64,000 bases of DNA. Source: Epiperipatus broadwayi (lineage: Eukaryota > Animalia > Onychophora). Below, piece after piece: positions 54,123-64,000 of the stretch; within the stretch, counting starts at the first letter, position 1; each line of letters starts with the position of its first letter. Position numbers and translations under genes: made by a program. The notes below the pieces were generated by a model. That model searched no databases. It was not told the origin of the DNA and worked only from the letters and a program-made list of their open reading frames with translations. The stretch is from the NCBI GenBank assembly GCA_028023455.1, contig JAQFVV010000004.1, positions 18,352,001 to 18,416,000 of the forward strand, read 5' to 3'.

Positions 54123-54268
54123 ACAGAGGCAAAACTCTCCATACAATAGCATCACTCAGTGCAAGCCAGAGTAATCAATGGGTGCAGAAAGGTTTGTGCA
54201 TAAAATCTCTATCTAGTGCCTACTCAGCCAATATCTCCAGAATGGTGATCATGTGATGTTTGATGGTT
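54123..54268 (-). mobile_element. Second, shorter insertion of the retrozyme-like family
   Basis: 14-bp TSD AAGTTTGTATATGC (54109-54122, 54269-54282). 54123-54240 aligns with 47145-47263; 54241-54268 is an inverted piece matching 47837-47859. Confidence 0.85.
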
Positions 54269-54643
54269 AAGTTTGTATATGCTTAACACTACATATTTTA
54301 ATAGCCATGATTTATATATATGGACATATTAAATTATTAGAATTTCAGCTAACTTATTATTTGAAACTAAACTGGCTAAATTAATAATAATAAAAGCATT
54401 GCTAATATAAAAGTTTCAAAAGATTTGATATTTCATTCACCATTTAACACCTTGGAATCAGATAATAGTCATCATTTTTTTGTCTAATCAATAAATTAGC
54501 ATAAAGAGTCAGTGTTCTGTTTCTCTAAGAATATGATTTATAAATTGCTACAGTCATGAGTCTGGAGTTATTCACCATATGAATAAATTAAAATATATGT
54601 TTAACATTACTTATTTTAATAGCCATGATTTATGTTATATGAA

Positions 54644-54883
54644 ATTATAATAACGTGAAAGCTAAATACCTTCAAACAGATACGCTTTAAACATGCTTAC
54701 GTGACAACCAATCAGATGGAATAATGACATCACATGGGACTCTAAATTCTAAAACACAAGCCAGAACTTGTGTTTTAGAATTTAGACACCCATGTGATGT
54801 CATTATTCCATCTGATTGGCTGTCACGTAAGCATGTTTAAAGCGTATCTGTTTGAAGGTGTTTAGCTTTCACGTTATTATAAT
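54644..54883. mobile_element. Near-perfect 240-bp palindrome (MITE/foldback)
   Basis: 117-bp arms with few mismatches around a 6-nt loop (ccagaa, 54761-66); ATTATAAT at both ends could be an 8-bp TSD. Confidence 0.85.
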
Positions 54884-57800
54884 ATTATCTGTTTACGCTT
54901 AAATTTGATATAGTTATATGAAATTGTAAAATAGCTTGATTAATAATTCAAAATTGCCACTAATTTAAAACTTTCACACTTGCAAGTTTTGGTGCATAAT
55001 TTATTTGTCACTAAACAATTTAAAGGTCCTTTTAAAAGTAGATAGTTTTTATCTAATCAATGAAGTGGTTAATATTAAAACAAGTAAGTGTATATTGCAG
55101 CCAAATTTATTAATAATTCTTTAAAAATATGATTTGTAAATTGCTATAGTAATGTGTCTGGAAATTCTTCCTGTATAAATAAGTTTATATATATATTTAA
55201 TGTTTCATATTTTACTAGGCATGATTTATTTATAAACTTATTAAAAATAGTAGAAAACAATTATTAAAAGCACATAAAAATAAATACTATTTTATATATA
55301 TATAAGCAATTGAGAAATGCTACAAACAACTTTTATAATATTAATTCTGATTTTAATTTATAAAGACATTCTTCTATTAAAAATCAATTTTTCATTAATG
55401 TCTACTACTAGCATAAGTTATTAATTTTTTCACATTTAATTGTAATATTAGAATAATACTAATTCTTAATGCTGAACTGTAAAATCTACATTAAAATTAT
55501 TAATTATCTGTGTTTAGTTGGTTATTTTTCTTGTATTGAATCATTTTCTGTTTCATGAGTTTCAACTACAATTGGAATGCCATGTATTTAAATATTTTGA
55601 CTTCACAATTGTTTTTACTAGCACAAAATAATGATTTTGAAATTATAAATCGTGTAAATTATCAATTTTTTTAAACGTGCTTGTGAAGAGAGGGTGGTCA
55701 ATCTAAATACTTATCCAATTGGAGACTGCAAATGACTTTAATTATGTTTTAGATAGCAGTGGATGAACCAAAAAAAGCTGTATAAATTAAGTACTATATA
55801 GATGCTAATATACAGAGAAATCTAGAGCAATTTATAGATGAAATATGTATAAAAAAAAGATATAGGATGAGATTAAATTGATTACAAAAGATCAAGCTAT
55901 ATAGAAAAGCTTCTTTGCCACTTTATACTTGACATAGAATGGCAATTTTGATAATGTTTTTTGAATTTCAATTGCATCAAATGATGGTTTTCTTATATTA
56001 CTTTTTGATAGTTTGTGTGTATTTATTGTTTTTTAAATGTTATTATTAATTAAATTCATGATTCTAGACTTAAGTAGTGAAGTCTATTTTTTATCGTAAC
56101 CAGTGATGCTTTTGTCACAGCAGTTGCAAATATACCATAACAAAAAAAAATTATATGATATCTTATACTGAATGTATCTGTTACATCATTTAAGCATTTG
56201 ATAGCTTGTTTTTAATGTTTATAAAAAATGTGTTTATTGCAATGGAGTGTTTGCAAGTCAAAAAATTGGCAATCTCTCATTTATATTATATTTGCTCGAT
56301 ATCTTTAATATTTTCTGAAAAAGCTCATAACCCATCAAAAATTTTTGAATAATAATTTTCAAAAATATCAATTATATAAATTTTATTTATTATCTTTACG
56401 AGTACTGTCTTGAAACATGATTTCCAATATTAAATAGGTTTTTTAAAAAGTCTACTTTTACAAAATTATCTGAAACTTTTTTTTTTAAATTTAAGATTAA
56501 ATGTAAAAACCACTACCAACAAAATCGATCCTTAACAGGTCATCTTTTATTCTTCCATTTATATTCAAAAAAATCTAAAACAATAATTTTATTCATATAG
56601 ATAAATGTATATTTTTTATTTTAAAAAAAATATTTTTTTGTTGAATCCTGTTTGCAACTTCATCTTATTCCCTTTTTCCAACCTACAGCAATAATTAAGG
56701 AGGGGGGGGGGACATTTTATATAATTAATCTCTATTGCAACATATATAGACAATCAATTCTATGCAATGATAACTGCATACAAAGATATCTAACCATACT
56801 TTCAATGATAAAAATTTTTCAAAATCACATTATAAAAAAAGAGACCTGCAAACGAATTAGCATAAAGATTTTTTTTTTTTTTTACATTTCAGAAATCAAT
56901 GAGTGACGATATCAAGGGAATCTGAATTTGAAGAATGAACATCAAACAGTCTAAGTAGTATATCTGCAGAATAATTTAAATAATCTATATCATAGAAATC
57001 TACTTTTGAAAATAGATTTTGTAAAATTTCAACATAAAATTATTCAGAAAAAGTCAATATCTAAATTTTTGAAGAAAAACAGTAAAATGCATAAAGAAAA
57101 ATATTTTTGAATTAAGAATGGCTAACATTTATTTATACAGAAACAAAAAAAAACATTTTTTACTGACATAATTATTTTCTTGTTCCACCCCCTCTCCATC
57201 GCCTTAAATTTCAAAGGAAATCCAATCATCCTGATTAGAATGAATATTCTTTGTTGTCCCAATATCATAACAAGTTCATTTCAATAATAATTAAAAAAAT
57301 AATACACTTCTATATAAAATGAAGTTCAGGCTGAATAAACTAGGATGACAAAAAGAGGAAGAGGTGGATCGTTTGACTATTTCATTTATTGATAATATGA
57401 TTAAATTATTGAAAAATTACTTATGCTGGAAAGACTCAATGCCTATTAGATATATCAGTTACACAATCTGGATCTCAAGTATAAAGTTTATTGTGATCCA
57501 CCTGCATTAATTCTAATCCTGAATATTTTTACCAGGATAACATGGTATTATCAATCAGATTTCAACCATTCAACATTTGTCTGCAATGCTAGACAATATC
57601 CAATTTTGATCACAAAGTCCCTTATTAAGAGTTATTAGAAAATTATTATCCTGTATGAATTCATGGATTTTCTATTGTGAATTTCAATCTGAAATCTAAT
57701 ATTTGACAAAATATCAAATCAAAAACTTTAGCAAGTTCTTTTTTAAAACACTATTAAAAAGAAATCAATGAAGCATGCAAAAGCCTTTCATCAACATCTA

Positions 57801-59054
57801 TTGTATTATATTTATCTGTTACTTACAGCTTTTAATTTTCATTAAATTAGCTTTCATAATATGATTAAAAAAAATTTTTTTAAAAAATAATAAGTCATTA
57901 ACCTCAACTATTTTTGCAGCAAGATTAGCTTTAGTTATTAATGATTTGAAACATTCTTTTCCAGAAATTTTTATTCCCAAGATCAGTTGATTTAGATCTG
58001 TGCAAATTGTGAATGGAAAAAATATATAGTTTGCAAACTATTAAGTCTATTTGAGAACTATTTTAATTTCTAACTTCATACTATATTCGAATGAAATTCA
58101 TGAAGTTTGATAAACAAAAAAACTATTAAAATTAGTTATTAATCTAATAATATTACATCAAACATTAACACAAGAATCAATATACTTATCTGCAATTACA
58201 TAAATCAAAAAAATCAAATTCCAATATACATCTTAAATTCTGAATACAGGCACCTGATTTAGCAAAACTAGACCAGAGGTAACATGCAAAAAACCACTCT
58301 GCTATATGACCCACGAAAATCATTTAATATTACTGAATTTAAATATAAAATTCTATGACAGTAAATTGTTCCAAAAATAATACATAGATTCCTATAAAAA
58401 ATATTAGATTTGTAAACTAAGCTTATTCACATTCAACATAAATATGCTATTTTTTTTTATTTATAAGATAGAAATCATAACTATATATAAACTGTTAGCA
58501 TTGCATATATGATACTACATTCTTTACTTCTATTAAAATGCTACATATTGCACACTAATTTATTAAATAGGTACATAATGAATATAATAAATTAAGTCAA
58601 AAAAATCTATAATCTACTTAATTATATAATTACGTAACTATTTATCATAAACTACTAAATGATATTATTAAGACCTTAAATAACATCACTTTCATTTAAT
58701 TATGATTTAAATAGCCTCAAAGACTATAACATTATAGTTGTTATATTTTCAAAATGAATAAAATTTTCTTTTATGAAAATGTTACAGAATCAAATTTATC
58801 ATTAACATATTTCAATCAAAGATTAATAACATCACTAAACAAATTTCACATATTTTATGCTTGCTAAAAAAGGTTAGATCTCTTAAAATGTTTAGCAATT
58901 ATTTAATTAGTGTGCAAAACAGGTTTATATTGAAATATGTAAAAAGAGAATTAAAAAAATATAAAATAAATAAAATCATAACCATCATTAGGTTCATTTG
59001 TTTATTTGTACAGAAACATATATATATATATACCCAAATATCGCAATCACATAC

Positions 59055-59173
59055 TTGGAGAAAGGGCTGGCTTTATGAGATGGAAATCCACTTCCACAAA
59101 TTTTGGTATCGAGATTCCCAGAGTGGACTGCTGTGTGTATAAGACGCTCGGTTACAATTCGCCAAAATTCATG
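59055..59173 (-). CDS. JARID2: JARID2 exon (HEFWRIVTERLIHTAVHSGNLDTKICGSGFPSHKASPFSK); most 5' exon found in the window
   Basis: ttttag acceptor, gtatgt donor, 119 nt; ExWRxV...GSGFP...PFS motif. Confidence 0.92.
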
Positions 59174-60676
59174 CTAAAAAATAATTTTTTCTCATATTTT
59201 AATTGATTATTCTTTTTTTTTTAAAAAAAAAGCATATATAATATAAATACATAGCTAAAAAAGTCTACTTTACAATTCATAAAATATGATTTTGATAAAT
59301 AATGCCCATCTCCAAATCTATTTATAACAATCATATTAAAATTATTGTCTCAATAATAAAATGTAAATTTAGATAGATACATATTTTACTAACAACTATC
59401 TAAGCTTATAAATATATATATAAATTAATCAAATGACAAATTTAAAATAAATAAATATATCATCTTAAAAAAAATAGAAAAACTTCTTTTCTTGCAATAT
59501 TTTAATATAATTTAAAAACTATAAATAAGGATGAAGGTGGGGCAGAATAACAATTTAATACATTATTACCAAATCCAAAAGCAAAACTATTTCTCTTCAA
59601 TAAAAATGAATTAAAAAGAACAAAGATCAGGAAAAAATATATATTTTTATAAATTAAAAACTAATTAGGAAAAATATTACTATACGATAAATATACTATA
59701 GTATATGAAAAAGTAAAGCGAAAAAAACAAAAAAAAATTGTCTTAAAAAACTTTTTTTTTTTTAAACATTTATTTTGTAAAAAATATATACAATACCTAC
59801 AATTTTTAGTATTATAAATCTATAAAAAAAAAAAAAAATGTTACTTTTAATAGATTGTTCGAAAGCGTTTTTAGAAAATTTAATTATGATTATATATTTT
59901 ATAATATTTACAATAAAAATTACACTTTTATCATTTTAAATACATTTAATGTAAATATAATTTTGTACAACACTTTTAAAGCAAAAAAAAAAAACTTTTA
60001 GAATTTGTTTAATCTCTTTATTCTAGCCATAATTTTTCTATCTAGATTTCCTTTTAAAATTATTTTAGTAGCAGTTAATATAAAATATATTAAATATTTT
60101 AAAGTGAAATTATTACTTTCTATTTAATTTCAATGTTTTATTCTTTTAAGCTTGTTTAATAAAGTTATAATTAATATGCAACCTTTAAAGTTTTTTGCTT
60201 AATAAATCAATGCTATTTTTCAAATAATAATCAAAAATTAAAAAATAATTTAAATGGCTGTAATGTAAGTTAAATCAATTCAAATATTTAATATTTTATT
60301 AATTCTAAATTGAAACCACTTTTAACTTCAGCACTATCTTGAATATTAAAAATACAGAGAAACAATATTTGTCCACCTTACTTCAAACCCTTTTTAGTAA
60401 AAAAATATTTAATTTATATAGTTATTATATTTTATTTACAGCATATGTGTGAAAAGGTGAAAATCCTTTCTATTTAATTACATACATATTATGAACTTGC
60501 TAAATAAATTTCAGTTATATAGTTTCTATTAATTCAAAAGATTTTGTGTATATTAATATAGTAAAAGAAAACTAACAGATGTAAAAATAAACATAGTAAC
60601 ATCTTCACTTCAGATTGGCCTCTATAAATCAGTATTTAGGTTAAAGAAAAGATGGCGCTCTTATCTTTATTGTCAA

Positions 60677-60754
60677 GCGTTGGTGTCCTAGTGGTTAACA
60701 TAGCTGTCTTCCAAGCAATTGGCCCTGGCCCGGATTCGCTTTCCGGTCAACGCA
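60677..60754 (+). tRNA. tRNA-Gly(TCC) pseudogene or tRNA-derived head
   Basis: GCGTTGG..TAGTGGTT..CTTCCAAG..CCGGATTCGCTTTCCGGTCAACGCA: acceptor and T stems pair, anticodon TCC; D and anticodon stems are damaged and TGGCCC is duplicated. Confidence 0.8.
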
Positions 60755-61313
60755 TTTGACATATGAAAAAAAAAATATATTAAGCTACTTGCACTAAGCT
60801 GTTGAATCGGATGGTTCACTGACTTCAAGTTGAGCTAAGTTTAATATTTTTTTGTGATTAATCATCTGCGATCATCAATTTTAATATTTTAATTGTGGTA
60901 TGAAAGTGAGGAGTAAATTGTGATCAAGAGAGATAGTTTTTTTTTTAATTTGGAAAGATCAAAATTATTTTTAAAAAAAAAGTTTCGATCGCCATTTTAA
61001 AAGGATATCAGTTTAAAAAAAAAAAAATCTTTTTTGTTGAATGTGTGTTAATGTAAGGATTTCTATAACTAAGTTGTACGTAAGATTAGTTGGCTTAAAT
61101 TTGCTACTAAAGTTTTTTTTTTTAAATTTTAATTTAAGAACAGTTAGTTAGTTTGAGGTAAAAGGTAACGTTTAGAAGCCTAAGTTACACGTGGTTATTG
61201 ATCGATCGTTTTTGAAAGTAAAAAATTTTCATCTTTCTGTGCAAAAAGGTTTGAAGTGTAGGAGAGAAAGTATAAAGTTAAATATAGAATAGGCGGCTTG
61301 GAAAATAAGTAAT

Positions 61314-62348
61314 ATGGATTGCATTTGTATTTTACAATGCATATATAATCGTCAGAAAGGAATTAGACGTGCTGTTGTAGAATGTAATATATGTGATAAG
61401 GTTTTCCACTTGAAATGCTTAAATAAGACTAGGAAGGATGTAGCAGGTTTATGGTTATGTAGACAGTGTGTGAATGTGATAAAAGAGGTGAAAAAGTGGT
61501 TTCAAAGTGTAGATAGTGTAAAGAGAAAGTCAGGAGGAATGGAGCAAAACATAGTTGAGGAAGGCAGTAAGTCAGGAGAAATGGAACAAAACGTAGTTGA
61601 GGAAGACAGGATAGAGTGTGTTTGTAGTGGAGTGACAAGAGATATGGATGGAAAAATAGGTAGTGCATTGGAGATGGTTGGCCAAAGAATAAGTAAGATA
61701 GAGAAGGAGGTAAAGGATGTAGAAGAAAAATTAAAATTGTTAGAGGCGAAGTGTGAGCAGATAAAGGGATTACTGAGTAGGAATGATAAGGAAGAAGTAG
61801 ATGAGGAAGTCCAGAAGGTGGTAGAGAAGGTTGTGAATGAAGCAGAGAAAGTAGACTGTGAGACAGTATTGATAGGGGATTCATTAATAAGAGAATGTGG
61901 AGATATAATTGCAAGGGAAAATAGAAACAGGTATGTAAGAGTATGTTTGCCGGGAGCTAAAATTAGGGATGTTACAGATAAAGTAAAGAAGCAAGGGAAT
62001 AGAGATGTATATGTTATGGTAGGGACTAATAATTTATCAGAGTCATCAGAGAGAGTAATGGGTGAGTACACAGAACTGATTAGGAATTTGAGAATGGTTA
62101 AAGGAAGAGTAGGAATAGTTGGATTATTACCAAGATTTGATAAAAGGTATATGTTAGATAGGGCGTGTTCTATAAATGAGAGATTGAAAGAATTGTGTGA
62201 GAGAAATGATGTTACGTTTGTGGATGTGTGGGATTTTTTTATTGGGAAGAGGGAGTTATTTGGTAAAGATGGGTTGCACTTAGGGAAACAAGGAAGTGAA
62301 GTTTTAGGGAGTCTGATTTATAAAGAATATAGTTTGGGAAACTTGTAA
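61314..62348 (+). CDS. LINE ORF1: PHD finger, coiled coil and SGNH/GDSL esterase (intact, 344 aa)
   Basis: C4HC3 pattern (CxC..CNIC..HLKC..WLCRQC); GDS, PGA, GTNN and DGLH esterase blocks; architecture known from CR1/L2/RTEX ORF1. Confidence 0.9.
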   Translation: MDCICILQCIYNRQKGIRRAVVECNICDKVFHLKCLNKTRKDVAGLWLCRQCVNVIKEVKKWFQSVDSVKRKSGGMEQNIVEEGSKSGEMEQNVVEEDRIECVCSGVTRDMDGKIGSALEMVGQRISKIEKEVKDVEEKLKLLEAKCEQIKGLLSRNDKEEVDEEVQKVVEKVVNEAEKVDCETVLIGDSLIRECGDIIARENRNRYVRVCLPGAKIRDVTDKVKKQGNRDVYVMVGTNNLSESSERVMGEYTELIRNLRMVKGRVGIVGLLPRFDKRYMLDRACSINERLKELCERNDVTFVDVWDFFIGKRELFGKDGLHLGKQGSEVLGSLIYKEYSLGNL

Positions 62349-62448
62349 AGGGGGGGGTGGGATTTTAAATTGTAGTGTTATTAAAAAGAAGAATGGATGG
62401 GATGTAAGGATTAAACAAAGGGCAGTTGATTTAGATATAAATGTAGAT

Positions 62449-64000
62449 GTGGAGAGGGAATGGGTCTGTAAAATAAATGGTAAGCAAGTTATTTATAAGC
62501 ATAATGGAGAAGAAAGAATAAAAAAAATTTATAAAAGAGTAGTTAGGAAAGAAAAAATTGTTAAAATTGGGTATTTGAATATGCAAGGTGGTAGGAGACC
62601 AGAAAAATGGCAGGAATTAAACAAAGCAATTGAAAATGAAGAGCTTGAGGTATTAGCAGTAGTGGAAACACATCTAAGAGAAGAAGAAGAACCTGTTTTG
62701 GAAGATTTGGTATGGCAGGGTATAAATAGAAAAGAGAAAGAAAAAAAGGGTGGTGGTATAGGTGTTATATCAAAAAAAATATTTAAATACTGTTAAATGC
62801 CAAGAACACATGTGGTTTGAAATAGGGTTGGGAAAACAAGAATGGATGGTGGCTATAGTTTATATAGCTACTGGAGATAGTCAAACTATAATGGAATGGA
62901 ACAATAGCATATATGAGTGCCTAGTTAAGGATATACAGAGTTTTAAAGAAAAGGGGAAGAGAATAATGGTTATAGGAGATATGAATGGGCATATTGAAGA
63001 AATTGATGATGTAGACAATAAGAATGGACAGCTTTTGAAGAAATTTTGTCAGAGAGTAAATTTGAGCATTGGAAACTTATCTAATATTTATGAGGGACAA
63101 TATACATGGTCTAGGAATAATATATCCCACACAATAGATTATATATTGGTAGAGAAAGAGGGAATGAATAAAGTACGGAAAATTAAGGTGTTTGATAATG
63201 AAGAGAGAGTATGTAATAGTGATCATAATTTTGTTGTAATTGAAATGGTTAGTAATGTGATGGAAAATAGGAATAAAAGTAGAAATAATAGTGAAAGATG
63301 TGGATGGAGAATAAATGATAAGAATAAGTTAGAAGAGTATAAAATACAAGTTGAAGAAACCATGGAAGAGTTGATTGGAAATGAGTATGAGGACTGGTGT
63401 GATGAAATAGAAAAAGTTGCAAATAGGGTTTTAGGTGAGAATATTCAGAAAAATAAAAGTAATAAAAAAATGAGAGTTAGTAAAAGTGTAAAAGAGAGGT
63501 AAAAAGCATGCAGAGAATATAAGTGTGCTATTAAGAGCAAAGAAAGTGAAAAAGATATTAATGCTAAATGGGAAAAGTACTTAGAAAAGAAGAAGTTAGC
63601 TAAAATAGATAATTATAGAGAGAGAATGAAACTAAATAGTAAATTATTGGATGATATTAATAAAAGTGGAAGAGATGGGAGTAAAAAATTTTGGAATTAC
63701 ATTAAAAGGAGAAATTTAGGGGAGAGAGAGATAGTATTACTGGATGAGGAGGGAATAGAGTGTAGCTCTAGAGAAGAATTAGAGAGAATATTGAATAGTT
63801 ATGTAATGGATATAGAAAAGATGTTAGATGTGAAGGACAGAGGGATAGAAAATATGAAAGCATATAGTAATGGGAATATTGCATTTACAGAAAATGAACT
63901 GAATGAGGCAGGGAAGAAATTGAGAAGTGGTAAGGCAAGAGGATTAGATGGATGGGCAGCAGAGATGGTAATGAATTTGGGGCATAGGGCAAAAGTAAAG
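62449..64000 (+). pseudogene. LINE ORF2 (APE endonuclease into the start of RT), two lesions, runs off the window
   Basis: YLNMQGG, VVETHL, IGDMNGH, TIDYILV, SDHNFV and GKARGLDG motifs; +1 frameshift in the A8 run at 62772-79; in-frame TAA at 63500-02, with the frame open afterwards. Confidence 0.9.

Noticed and set aside
61429-62071. Two long minus-strand ORFs (161 aa and 189 aa)
   Set aside because: Antisense shadows of the purine-rich LINE ORF1; low-complexity Leu/Ser/Phe/Thr with no motif.

Overview
AT-rich animal genomic DNA, probably an invertebrate (not established). Almost the whole window lies inside a minus-strand JARID2/Jumonji gene. Eight coding exons (59173 down to the stop at 433) splice in frame at canonical GT-AG sites and encode the JmjC domain, the zf-C5HC2 domain and the C-terminus; the 5' exons lie beyond the window. 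The introns (2-11 kb) are filled with transposon debris: a full-length L1/Tx1-type LINE with a 15-bp TSD that is split by a ~2-kb TG..CA-type insertion, a young PHD-esterase LINE preceded by a tRNA-Gly pseudogene, RTE and Ingi/Vingi remnants, and a strongly divergent 28S rRNA fragment. The most notable signal is a set of minimal type I hammerhead ribozymes from three unrelated sequence families, each inside a head-to-head inverted, Penelope-style insertion. One is a GIY-YIG Penelope-like element whose hammerhead has the compensatory U3-A8 core. One is an older inverted element. One is an apparently non-coding ~453-nt retrozyme-like family with two TSD-flanked insertions, both breaking within 1 nt of the predicted cleavage site. 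All alignments, folds and family assignments were done by eye; no searches were run.
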